From NCBI GenBank assembly GCA_964013405.1, contig CAXGWI010000011.1, positions 1-48,738 on the forward strand: a stretch of 48,738 nucleotides of DNA. Direction: 5' to 3'. The notes under the pieces were generated by a model. The model searched no databases. It saw only the letters and a program-made list of their open reading frames with translations, and was not told the origin of the DNA. Origin of the DNA: an uncultured Myxococcales bacterium. GTDB lineage: Bacteria; Myxococcota; UBA4151. Shown here in pieces: positions 10,171-19,781 of this stretch. Position 1 is the first letter of the stretch, and each line of letters opens with the position of its first letter. The translations under genes were made by a program, and so were the position numbers.

Positions 10171-12021
10171 ATGTCGCGTATTATCGGTATTGATCTAGGC
10201 ACGACGAACTCGTGTGTTGCCATCTTCGCCAACGGCGAGGTGATCGTGATCCCGAATGCCGAGGGGGGGAGAACCACGCCCTCGATGGTGGGTTTTACCG
10301 AGTCGGGTGAACGCTTGATTGGGCAGATTGCGAAGCGGCAAGCGATCACAAACCCGGCAAATACAGTCTACTCGGTCAAGCGCTTGATCGGCAATCGATT
10401 CGACGACGAAGCGGTCCAGGGGATGAAGGACATGCTTCCCTATAAGGTGGTTTCGGCGGAAAACGGTGATGCCTGGGTCGAGGTTCGAGGCCGGGCCTAC
10501 AGTCCAGCGGAGATCTCTGCTTGGATTCTGTCCAAACTTTTGCAGATGGTTGAGGACTATTTAGGAGAGGCCGTAGAGCGGGCTGTCATTACCGTTCCCG
10601 CTTACTTCAATGACTCTCAGCGCCAGGCAACCCGAGATGCCGGTCGAATCGCCGGCATTACGGTAGAGCGGATCATCAACGAGCCGACGGCCGCCGCCTT
10701 GGCCTATGGACTCTCCGAAAAAGGTGCAGAGACCGTTGCCGTTTACGACCTCGGTGGTGGAACCTTTGATATCTCGATCCTCCGCCTGACCGAGGGTGTC
10801 TTCGAGGTGGTCGCAACCAACGGCGACACCCATCTTGGTGGCGACGACTTTGATCGACTCCTCATCGACAAGCTGGCGGCGGAGTTTGAGGAAGAGCACG
10901 ACGTTGACCTGCGCAACGACCGGATGGCCTTGCAGCGTCTCAAAGAGGCCTCCGAACGGGCAAAACACGAACTGTCGACCGCCGAGATCACTGAGATTAA
11001 CCTCCCGTTCATCTCTGCAGATGTGGAGGGGGGTGCCCGACACCTGAACCGCACCATTGAGCGTGAAACGTATGAGGAGTGGATTATGCCCCTCGTCGAA
11101 AGCACGCTGAAGCCCTGTCAGCAGTGTCTGGATGATGCGGGCATGGATGCATCAGAGGTTCAAGAGGTCTTGCTCGTGGGTGGGCAGACCCGCATGCCGA
11201 TCATTCAAGAGAAGGTGACGGCATTCTTTGGGCGGGAGCCGAACCGGCGGGAAAATCCCGACGAAGTGGTCGCCCAGGGCGCCGCGATTCAGGCCGGGAT
11301 CATCAGTGGTGATGTGAAGGATGTCTTACTTCTCGACGTCACCCCACTCTCCTTGGGCGTTGAGACCCAGGGCGGCCTGATGACGCGCTTGATCGATCGC
11401 AATACGACGGTCCCAACTCGCAAGGCGATGGTTTTCTCCACGGCGGTGGACAATCAACCCCTCGTGAACGTTCATGTGGTGCAAGGTGAGCGTGAAATGG
11501 CCCTCGATAATAAAACCCTTGGGCGTTTCGAGTTGGTGGGGATCCCGCCCGCACCCCGTGGCGTGCCACAAATTGAAGTGACCTTCGACATCGACGCGTC
11601 CGGGATCGTCAATGTGAGCGCCCGAGATCTGGGTACGGGCCGCAAGCAGAGTATTCGAATTACCGCCAGCTCCGGGCTCAATGAAGAGCAGATCGACACG
11701 ATGATCAACGAAGCAGAAGTCTATCGTGACTCTGACCGTATGGCTCGACAGTTCGCTGAATTGCGTAACAACGCAGATGGTCTGATCTACACCACGGAGA
11801 AGGCTCTTGAAGAGTATGCCCATGTGCTCGGGCCCGCGGACATCGATCAAATTCGCGTCGACTTATCCAACCTGAGCCAGGAGCTGGAGCGAGAAGACTA
11901 TGATGCCTTGAGGGGCGCCGTCCAGAGACTGGAATTGTCGTCTCATAAGATCGCCGATGCGATGTATGCAGAGGCATCTGAGGCGGCGACGGACACCGGT
12001 TTCGGTGGCGGCACCGAGTAG
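10171..12021 (+). CDS. dnaK: Hsp70 chaperone DnaK
   Basis: [32 protein letters not shown], linker [29 protein letters not shown]. Confidence 0.98.
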   Translation: MSRIIGIDLGTTNSCVAIFANGEVIVIPNAEGGRTTPSMVGFTESGERLIGQIAKRQAITNPANTVYSVKRLIGNRFDDEAVQGMKDMLPYKVVSAENGDAWVEVRGRAYSPAEISAWILSKLLQMVEDYLGEAVERAVITVPAYFNDSQRQATRDAGRIAGITVERIINEPTAAALAYGLSEKGAETVAVYDLGGGTFDISILRLTEGVFEVVATNGDTHLGGDDFDRLLIDKLAAEFEEEHDVDLRNDRMALQRLKEASERAKHELSTAEITEINLPFISADVEGGARHLNRTIERETYEEWIMPLVESTLKPCQQCLDDAGMDASEVQEVLLVGGQTRMPIIQEKVTAFFGREPNRRENPDEVVAQGAAIQAGIISGDVKDVLLLDVTPLSLGVETQGGLMTRLIDRNTTVPTRKAMVFSTAVDNQPLVNVHVVQGEREMALDNKTLGRFELVGIPPAPRGVPQIEVTFDIDASGIVNVSARDLGTGRKQSIRITASSGLNEEQIDTMINEAEVYRDSDRMARQFAELRNNADGLIYTTEKALEEYAHVLGPADIDQIRVDLSNLSQELEREDYDALRGAVQRLELSSHKIADAMYAEASEAATDTGFGGGTE

Positions 12022-12024
12022 TCC

Positions 12025-13110
12025 TTGTCTCGGGATCCCTATGAGGTCCTCGGTGTTGACCGAGAAGCGGATGTCCAAAAGATCCGCAAGGCCTACCGGA
12101 AACTCGCTGCGAAGTATCACCCAGACCAGAACCCGGGGGATGCCCAGGCCGAGGAGCGCTTCAAAGAGGTCGCAGCAGCTTGGGAGATCCTCGGTGATGA
12201 GGAGCGTCGGGCTCGCTATGATCGATATGGTCGGGATGTGGGCGCAGGCGAAGGCTTTCCGGGGGGCTTTCAAACCGACTTCTCGGCCGACATGTTTAGC
12301 GAACTCTTCGACTTCTTTGGCGGCGGTCGAAGCGGCCGGAGCAGTCAACCGAAGCTGCTCGTACCCCTTGAGGTCCCGTTCATCGAAGCGGCCCGGGGGG
12401 GAGAACGTCGCCTAAAGTACCAGCGTAAAGCCCCTTGCGGCGGCTGCAAAGGTCAAGGGACCCACAATGGGATGCCACCCAAACCCTGCGGCCGATGCGG
12501 TGGTATGGGGCAGATTCCCGCCCAGCGTGGATTTTTGACCTTTGCCAGTGAGTGCGATGCCTGTCGGGGGAGCGGTGTTGACACCAGCAACCCATGTTCC
12601 CGTTGTCGGGGTGCTGGCGTCAGCGACCAGGAGCATCAAGTCTCTTTCCGGGTTCCGCCCGGCGTGACGACGGGGACTCGACTACGCATCCGAGATGGCG
12701 GTCATTACCAGCGTGGCTCCAGTAGCCCCGGCGATCTCTACATCGAGGTTCAGGTCGCCGAGCATCCCTTCTTTACCGCCCAAGGAAAAAACATTTATTG
12801 CGAGGCTCCCATTGGCTTTAGCCAGGCGGCCCTGGGCGGCAAGGTGGAAATCCCGACAGTGGACGGAAAAACCGTCGAGATGCGAATTCCTGCTGGAACG
12901 CAGAATGGTACCGAGTTCCGGTTGCGGGGTAAGGGCATCGGCGCTGATGGACAGCGTGGACATCAATTTGTTCGTGTGGTGGTCGTGGTGCCGAAGAACT
13001 TAGACGCCAAAGCGAAGGCGGCTTTGCGGGACTATGCAGAGGCTGTTGGCGATGAGCTCAATGAGCAGGAAAAGAGTCTTTGGGAGACGCTGGGGAGTCT
13101 CTTCGACTAA
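12025..13110 (+). CDS. dnaJ: Class A J-domain chaperone DnaJ
   Basis: J domain with HPD, G/F-rich segment, four CxxCxGxG motifs, C-terminal PGDLYIEV and IPAGTQNGTEFRLRGKG; TTG start. Confidence 0.95.
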   Translation: MSRDPYEVLGVDREADVQKIRKAYRKLAAKYHPDQNPGDAQAEERFKEVAAAWEILGDEERRARYDRYGRDVGAGEGFPGGFQTDFSADMFSELFDFFGGGRSGRSSQPKLLVPLEVPFIEAARGGERRLKYQRKAPCGGCKGQGTHNGMPPKPCGRCGGMGQIPAQRGFLTFASECDACRGSGVDTSNPCSRCRGAGVSDQEHQVSFRVPPGVTTGTRLRIRDGGHYQRGSSSPGDLYIEVQVAEHPFFTAQGKNIYCEAPIGFSQAALGGKVEIPTVDGKTVEMRIPAGTQNGTEFRLRGKGIGADGQRGHQFVRVVVVVPKNLDAKAKAALRDYAEAVGDELNEQEKSLWETLGSLFD

Positions 13111-16100
13111 GCCTCCTGCTTTGGTAGTAGCCCAAGGAGGCGACTGACGAAGGCAAGGAGCAAGTCGGCGGGATCTTTACCCTCTTGGTCGGCCGGGTCG
13201 TGAACCAGTCGACCGGACTTTGTGAGATGACAGCGATTAGCGGCTTCGCTCACGAAGGCCACCAGGCTCGGGCCCTCAACGGGCGTCGTCTCCCCATGAA
13301 AGCCAGCGGTGAGGCTCCAGCGTCCCCTGCTATTTTTCACCGCTTGGAGTAGGGCGAGTTGGAGAGGGAGCGCACGCCAGCGGATGCGCGCAGTGAGCAG
13401 GAGCCCTTCGAGCTCCTTCGGTAGGCGGCCATAGGTGTCTGACAACTCGTCCTCAAGAGCCTCGATCTCTTCATCGTTTTGTAGCCGGCTGATTTGCTCG
13501 TAGAGGGCAAGACGCTCGGCCGCATCCGGCAGAAAGGCGTGGGGAATCACAGCGCTGCGTCCGAGTTTGAGGTCGAGTCGGTCCGTTAGTTGGCCACTGC
13601 CGCCTTGGACTTGAGCGAGGGCTTCTGCGAGGAGGTCGAGATAGAGATCGATACCCACTTGGGCCACCTGGCCGCTTTGATCCTCCCCAAGGAGGTTTCC
13701 CGCACCCCGCTGATCCAGGTCGGCACGAGCCACCTGGAAGCCGGCCCCGAGGTGAGTAAAGCGCTGTAGCGCATCTAACCGCTCTCGGGCTTGATCGGTC
13801 AGCGCAGCCTCTGCCTTGCGGATCAGCAGGTAGCAATATCCCCGCTCGGCTCTTCGGCCCACTCGGCCTCGAATCTGGTGCAATTGTGTGAGGCCGAAGT
13901 GATCGGCTCGGTCGATGAGAATCGTGTTCGCTCGGGGGATGTCGAGACCGGCCTCGATGATGCTTGTACAAACCAAAAGATCCACTTCGCCTTCTGTGAA
14001 GCGAACCATCGCCTCCTCGAGGCGTTCGGGATTCATCTGCCCATGGGCCATCTCAACCCTTGCGTGGGGAACCAAACCTTGGAGGTGGTGTGCGATTCCG
14101 GGGAGGGTGCGAACCCGATTATGTAAAAAGAAGATCTGCCCACCCCGATGGAGTTCCCGCTCCATGACCTCTTGAACCAGCGTATCGTGGTAGGGAGCGA
14201 GGGCCGTTCGGACGCTGCGGCGGTCGGTCGGCGGTGTCTCGATAACGCTCAATTGCCGCAGCCCGAGCAAGGCAAACTGGAGGGTCCGGGGGATGGGGGT
14301 TGCGGTCATCGTGAGGATGTTGACCCCGGCTTTGAGTTCCTTGAGTCGCTCCTTGTGTTTCACGCCAAAGCGCTGCTCTTCATCGACCACCAGAAGGCCT
14401 AGGCTTTGATAGGTAAAGCGAGGGCTGAGCAGCCGGTGGGTGCCGATGATGACCTCGATGTTGCCCCGGGCGAGATCTGACTCCAACTGCTTAAGGGGCG
14501 TCGAGCCCGTGAGTCGAGAAAGGGCCTCTACGCGAATTCCGAATCGCCCCAGTCGATCTCTAAAGGTCCTCAAATGCTGATGGCAGAGCACGGTCGTCGG
14601 GCAGAGAATGGCCACCTGTTGTCCCGCGGCGACCGCTGAGAAGGTGGCCCGGAGGGCGAGTTCAGTCTTCCCAAAGCCCACATCGCCACAAAGGAGTCGA
14701 TCCATGGGGACCGCAGACTCTAGGTCTTTGGTGATGGCTTCCATGGCCGTTTCTTGGTCCGGTGTCAGTTCATGGGGGAAGCCGGCGTCAAAATCATTCA
14801 TCAGGCTTCCAGGGTGGGGAATTGGCAGGACCTGGGCCTGCTGGCGGCGGGCTTGGGTTTGGGCGAGACGGTGGGCCATTTCCAAAAGCCCACGGCGGAC
14901 TTTTTTGCGCCGATTCTGCCAACTCGTACCGCCGATCTTATCCAGTTTGGGGCGGCCGCCGCCATCGTAGCGCCTGAGCACGCTGATGCGCTCGACGGGG
15001 ACGAAGACCTTGTCTTCTCCACGAAAGTTCAACTGGAGAAAGTCCATGGTAACACCGTCGATAATACGACGAGTGAGACCCTGGTAGGCGGCGATCCCGT
15101 AGTCGATGTGGACCACTAGATCGCCCGGGTTGAGTTGATCCAGCGAGGCCCGGAAGCGTTTGCGGTGACTTCTTCGGCCTCCCGTGCGGCGCCGGCCCAG
15201 AAGTTCCTGCTCTACCAGCAGAACCTGTTTGAGTCGGTGGTCGACGAAGCCCATGCTTTGGCGGCCTTCCCCAAGCCAAAGGTGGGCTGAGAGATCCCTT
15301 AGGTCGCAGGCTTGCCAGTCAAGGGCCGGGCTCGATGGTAGGTTTCGCAGGCCCAACCCAAGCCCTTCAAGGCGGCGCCTTAGTCGCTCCAGTCGCCCTG
15401 GCGGCGCGACCATGATGGGGCGGTAGCCGTCTCGGCGCCAACGCCTGACGTCCTTGGCGAGGGGCTCAAGTCGGTCTTGTTCACCTTCGGGATTGAGACG
15501 CAGTCGAGCCATCAGTTCCTCCAGGTCGCTTAGGGCCGGGGAGGTATCACCGGTCTGAGGGCTTAGGGGGCTGGCGCCGAGTGCACTTAGCCGCCCCATG
15601 AGGTCAGCACATTCCAGTCGATGGGCCTGGGGCGGGGCTGCGAGCGCCTCTTCCATGAGCCCTTCGTAGCCAGCAAAAAAGTGTTCATCCACGCGCTCGA
15701 GTTGGCGGCGGATGGCCTCCGGGTCGCAGAGGGTGATTTGGGTTTCCCGCTTAAGCCAGTCGAGAAGGGGGCCTTTAAGGTCGAGAAGGACCGGCTCGAA
15801 GGCCTGGATCAGGGGGTCCTGAATCCCAGCGCTGAGTCGATCAAGGGCCTGACGAATGGTCTCGCTGGGGAGCTGTTGGCTCTCACCCAACTCGAGCAGA
15901 TGGGTCCGCCGCTCTTGAGCAAGGGCGGGGCCCGGCTGGATCAGTTGAGCCGGGCCAAAGGCGAAGATCTCTTTTTTTATCCCGCCTCGTTGAAGTCCGG
16001 GGTCGATTTCGCGGATACTCTCGATTTCATCACCGAAGAAATCGACCCGGCTGGGTTTTGGGTCATTGGGGGGCCAAAGGTCGATCACACTACCTCGGGT

Positions 16101-16529
16101 TGAGAAGGTGCCCGGCTCTTCTGTTCGCGGCGCTGGGTAGTAGCCTCCGGCCTGGAGGGTCTCGAGAAAGTCCCCTCGTTCGACATGATCGCCAGGAGCC
16201 AGGAGCCGGCACTGACTTTCGATGTGTTGGGGATTGGGGAGCCGTCGAGCCATGACTTGGGCATCCGCGACGATGATGGCTGGTTGGGCGCCCAGAGCGA
16301 GTTGGGTCATCAAGCCCATTCGACTCTGCACGGCCTGGGGCTCGGCGCTCAAACGCGTATAGGGACTCTCGCCGCTGGACAGAAAGAGGGCGATGGAAAG
16401 GTCAGGCCGCCAGCAGCGCAGCTCATTGGCCAGGCCTTGGGCTTGCTCTGGCTCTGGGGTGACCACCAGTTGAGGGCCCTCTTGGTCTCGCAGCATATAG
16501 GCCCAGGCCGCTTCAGGAACACCGCTCAT
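13107..16529 (-). CDS. mfd: Transcription-repair coupling factor
   Basis: UvrB-like PGTFSTRGSVIDLW, RID domain GDLVVHIDYGI, MDRLLCGDVGFGKTE, VVDEEQRFGVKHKE, MTATPIPRTL, QIRGRVGR, RGAGNLLG. Confidence 0.97.
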   Translation of the reverse strand: MSGVPEAAWAYMLRDQEGPQLVVTPEPEQAQGLANELRCWRPDLSIALFLSSGESPYTRLSAEPQAVQSRMGLMTQLALGAQPAIIVADAQVMARRLPNPQHIESQCRLLAPGDHVERGDFLETLQAGGYYPAPRTEEPGTFSTRGSVIDLWPPNDPKPSRVDFFGDEIESIREIDPGLQRGGIKKEIFAFGPAQLIQPGPALAQERRTHLLELGESQQLPSETIRQALDRLSAGIQDPLIQAFEPVLLDLKGPLLDWLKRETQITLCDPEAIRRQLERVDEHFFAGYEGLMEEALAAPPQAHRLECADLMGRLSALGASPLSPQTGDTSPALSDLEELMARLRLNPEGEQDRLEPLAKDVRRWRRDGYRPIMVAPPGRLERLRRRLEGLGLGLRNLPSSPALDWQACDLRDLSAHLWLGEGRQSMGFVDHRLKQVLLVEQELLGRRRTGGRRSHRKRFRASLDQLNPGDLVVHIDYGIAAYQGLTRRIIDGVTMDFLQLNFRGEDKVFVPVERISVLRRYDGGGRPKLDKIGGTSWQNRRKKVRRGLLEMAHRLAQTQARRQQAQVLPIPHPGSLMNDFDAGFPHELTPDQETAMEAITKDLESAVPMDRLLCGDVGFGKTELALRATFSAVAAGQQVAILCPTTVLCHQHLRTFRDRLGRFGIRVEALSRLTGSTPLKQLESDLARGNIEVIIGTHRLLSPRFTYQSLGLLVVDEEQRFGVKHKERLKELKAGVNILTMTATPIPRTLQFALLGLRQLSVIETPPTDRRSVRTALAPYHDTLVQEVMERELHRGGQIFFLHNRVRTLPGIAHHLQGLVPHARVEMAHGQMNPERLEEAMVRFTEGEVDLLVCTSIIEAGLDIPRANTILIDRADHFGLTQLHQIRGRVGRRAERGYCYLLIRKAEAALTDQARERLDALQRFTHLGAGFQVARADLDQRGAGNLLGEDQSGQVAQVGIDLYLDLLAEALAQVQGGSGQLTDRLDLKLGRSAVIPHAFLPDAAERLALYEQISRLQNDEEIEALEDELSDTYGRLPKELEGLLLTARIRWRALPLQLALLQAVKNSRGRWSLTAGFHGETTPVEGPSLVAFVSEAANRCHLTKSGRLVHDPADQEGKDPADLLLAFVSRLLGLLPKQEA

Positions 16530-18544
16530 GGGCTCCAGTCGGGCATGTGAATACCCTGCTCCGCGAGGCGGGCCTTGAGGGCTACCATGTCCTGTTTCAT
16601 TTCCACGTCATCCCGGCGTACTGGTTCATCGACGAAGACTTCGGCTAGACCGGTTTCGATCAGGAAGCGGGAGGGGACTCGTTCCACTTCCCGTTTGCCC
16701 TGCATACGGGTGGCTGCCCGGCTTAAGCAGAGGGCGTCTTCCGCTCGTGTCGCAGCGACATAGAGTAAGCGTCGTTCTTCCTCGAGGTTGCCGTCATCGA
16801 TTGCACCTTGGGTGGGAAGATGCCCTTCTTCCAGGCCGACGACATAGACCCGGCTGTACTCTAAGCCTTTCACCCCATGGATCGTCGAGAGGGTGACTTT
16901 TCCTTGGTCTTCATCGGCCTCGTCTTGGGCGCCGGCAAGGAGCATGCGATTTACGAAGCCGATCAGTCGTTGTCGAGGATGGCTCCCCAGCGCTGGGTCA
17001 CGCCAGGTGGAGTTGAGTAAGTCGAGGGTTCGGTCGAGGTCGCCTAGCTGCCGAGCCAGCAGGCGAGGGTTTGTGATCTCCTGTTCGAGGCGCTGCCGAT
17101 AGCCCACTTCGTTGAGGATTTGGCGAAAGACAGCCCCGGGCTCGGCGCCAGGGGCACTGATCATTTGCCGAGCCCGCAGGATGAGCTGCTGAAAGTCGCT
17201 AAGGACCTGCGCCCGCTTCGCAGCGAGACCCTCAACGGATGCAGCCTGAACCCGAAGGAGGTCACCACCCACGGCGCCACTGGAGGCCACAATACGATCT
17301 AAGCTGGTGGCGGCCAAACCACGGGCTGGCGTCGTAATCGCACGACGAAAAGCCAATTCATTCTTCCCCGACCCAGTCACGGAGAGGTAAGCGAAGAGGT
17401 CTCGGGCCGCCTTTTTGTCCGCAGTTCTCTTGCCGCCTACCAAGCGAAAGGGCACCTGCCTGCGGGCGAGCTCCTCTTCAAAAGGTGCGGCTTGGATGTT
17501 GCGTCGCATGAGGACGGCGATGGCTTCGGCTGGGGTGCCCTGACGAATGACTCGAGCGATTTCTTGGCCGACCACCTCAGCTTCGAGGTCGCCGTTTTGA
17601 TAGCAGCGGCGCTGGACCTCCGCTTCCCCTGGCTGACAGGCCTTTAAGGTCTTTTGCCGTCGTCTTCGGTTGTAGTTGATGACCCGGTTGGCCACATCGA
17701 GAATGCCGGCTCGAGAGCGATAGTTTTGATCCAGAGTCACCACGTCCGCACCGGGGAAGTGATGATGAAAATTGAGGATATTTTCCGCACAGGCTCCCCG
17801 CCACTCATAGATGGCCTGGTCGTCATCACCCACCACCATGATGTTGCCGGTCTCCCCGGCGAGTAATTGGAGGAAGCGTAGTTGGTTCACACTGGTGTCC
17901 TGAAACTCATCGACAAGAAGATAGGGCCAGCGTTTTTGGAGTTTGGCTCGGCTCTCGTCATGATCCCGGAGCAATCGGATGGGTAGGTGAATCAAGTCGT
18001 CGAAGTCGACGCCGGCCAACTCTGCTTTTTCTTCCTGATAGCGCTCAAGGATTAGGCCCAGCGCATAGACAGCATCCGACTCACTGCTCTGCAGCGCGGC
18101 CGCATCCAGGCCTTCACTGCGTGCCTCTGAGATGGCCTGGCTGGCCTTGTCGGTGTCATTGCCAAAAATGCTCTGCTTGACCCGTGAAAGAACTCGTCGG
18201 AGCAACGCTCGCTGTTCCGACTCATCAAGAACGCTAACCTGCCCGGCAAAGCCGAGGACTTGGGCGTGCTCTTGGACCAGGCGCAGACCCAGGCTGTGAA
18301 AGGTGGAGAGGGTGAGTTTCTTTGCCTTCTCCCCGCTGCGCAAACGGACCCGCTCCCGCATTTCGCCGGCCGCTTTGTTGGTAAAGGTCAGTGCGAGGAT
18401 CTGTTGGGCTGGGATCCCATCAGCGATCATACCCGCGATGCGTTCGGTGAGAACGCGGGTCTTGCCGGCGCCGGCGCCGGCGAGGACCAGTAAGGGTCCG
18501 TGGCGGTGAGCCACCGCTCGCTGTTGCTCTAAATTGAGTTGCAA
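16526..18544 (-). CDS. SF1A ATP-dependent DNA helicase (UvrD/Rep/PcrA family, Rep-like)
   Basis: VLAGAGAGKT, TFTNKAAGEM, STFHSLG, LVDEFQDT, VGDDDQAIYEWRGA, QNYRS, TIHGVKGLEY, EERRLLYVAATRA. Confidence 0.93.
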   Translation of the reverse strand: MQLNLEQQRAVAHRHGPLLVLAGAGAGKTRVLTERIAGMIADGIPAQQILALTFTNKAAGEMRERVRLRSGEKAKKLTLSTFHSLGLRLVQEHAQVLGFAGQVSVLDESEQRALLRRVLSRVKQSIFGNDTDKASQAISEARSEGLDAAALQSSESDAVYALGLILERYQEEKAELAGVDFDDLIHLPIRLLRDHDESRAKLQKRWPYLLVDEFQDTSVNQLRFLQLLAGETGNIMVVGDDDQAIYEWRGACAENILNFHHHFPGADVVTLDQNYRSRAGILDVANRVINYNRRRRQKTLKACQPGEAEVQRRCYQNGDLEAEVVGQEIARVIRQGTPAEAIAVLMRRNIQAAPFEEELARRQVPFRLVGGKRTADKKAARDLFAYLSVTGSGKNELAFRRAITTPARGLAATSLDRIVASSGAVGGDLLRVQAASVEGLAAKRAQVLSDFQQLILRARQMISAPGAEPGAVFRQILNEVGYRQRLEQEITNPRLLARQLGDLDRTLDLLNSTWRDPALGSHPRQRLIGFVNRMLLAGAQDEADEDQGKVTLSTIHGVKGLEYSRVYVVGLEEGHLPTQGAIDDGNLEEERRLLYVAATRAEDALCLSRAATRMQGKREVERVPSRFLIETGLAEVFVDEPVRRDDVEMKQDMVALKARLAEQGIHMPDWSP

Positions 18545-18675
18545 CGACTCCCCCAGCAGCCTTTGCCAGGGCTCACATTTCGGTTCAACTATACCCTGAT
18601 GTTTTCGCGGCTCAGGAGGGCTTGATCAGCAAACCTGGCAGGCGCTAAAGAAGCCTTAGAGCGGAAGTTGAGTCG

Positions 18676-19668
18676 ATGACCGCAAGTCGAGAACAAGTTC
18701 TGATTAGAGCCTGTGTTGAGGCCCTCCGTCTCGCGGCGGCCGGCGACCAAGCGCTCATTCTCAGCCAACAGGAATTACGGGATGGCATGAGCCATGCCGA
18801 TGGCCCCACGCAGCTCGCAGTGCAAATCCGCGCCATGGGCGAGGCGATCTCTTCCCGCCACCTGCGCAATGAGGAAGCCCGTCGCTATCTTGCCCAGCTG
18901 GTCCAACGCTTGATCCATCAAATGGGGATGATTGAGGGGGGCGGTGATTTGGTGGGGCAGGACCTGTCCCAATTGACTGGAATTGTTGAAGAGGTCGCTT
19001 CCGGGGGCGAGATGAATTCCGAGGCCCGCAGCCGCCTTTTGGACGGGGTGGGGCGGCTGAATCAGCGGGTGGCCACGATGCGGGAACAGGCCCGGCAGGC
19101 CGTCGTTGAGGTCCAGCAGGCCCAGGAGCGGATCGAGGGGCTTGAGCGAGCCCTGGAAGAGAAAACCGAGGAAGCTGAAAAGGATGGCCTGACGGGCTTG
19201 CCAAACCGCCGAGCTCTCGACCGACTCTTGCCGGAGTTGGTGGGGAACTGTCGCGGGGAGTCTCAACCGCTGTCGTTGATCATGTTCGATATCGATCATT
19301 TCAAGCGATGCAATGACACCTATGGGCATCAAGGCGGCGATGCGGTGTTGGAGCAAACGGCAAAGCGAATCCTTCAGGAGATGAGCAGTACGGACCTTGT
19401 TGCTCGCTACGGTGGCGAGGAGTTTTGCATCGTTTTGCCTAATTGTGCCCGTGGGCTCGCAGAGCGGGTTGCGGAGCGCTGCCGGCGGGCAATGGCTGCG
19501 AACCCTTTCATTTATGGCGAAACCCGGATCCCCGTGACGGTCAGCTTGGGGGTCGCTGAGTTGGGGGCTGTCGAAGAGCCTGTCGACCTCATCGCCCGGG
19601 CCGACCAAGCCCTCTATTTAGCGAAAGCCGGGGGCAGAAACCGGTGGCAGGCCGCGGTCGCCGAGTAG
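18676..19668 (+). CDS. Diguanylate cyclase with helical/coiled-coil N-terminus
   Basis: DGLTGLPNRR, FDIDHFKRCNDTYGHQGGD, RYGGEEF, ADQALYLAKAGGRN; heptad-like linker. Confidence 0.93.
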   Translation: MTASREQVLIRACVEALRLAAAGDQALILSQQELRDGMSHADGPTQLAVQIRAMGEAISSRHLRNEEARRYLAQLVQRLIHQMGMIEGGGDLVGQDLSQLTGIVEEVASGGEMNSEARSRLLDGVGRLNQRVATMREQARQAVVEVQQAQERIEGLERALEEKTEEAEKDGLTGLPNRRALDRLLPELVGNCRGESQPLSLIMFDIDHFKRCNDTYGHQGGDAVLEQTAKRILQEMSSTDLVARYGGEEFCIVLPNCARGLAERVAERCRRAMAANPFIYGETRIPVTVSLGVAELGAVEEPVDLIARADQALYLAKAGGRNRWQAAVAE

Positions 19669-19781
19669 CTTGCGCGGCCAGGGCAAAAAAAGAGCGCTTT
19701 CAGAGGGCTAATTGTCCGCCAAACTATTGACGATGAGGGGTCCGCTCCTTCATGTTGTTCTGGGCATGAGGAAGGCCGTGA

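Noticed and set aside
10561..11850. Antisense ORFs over dnaK
   Set aside because: Well-known Hsp70 antisense-frame artefact, and fragmented here.
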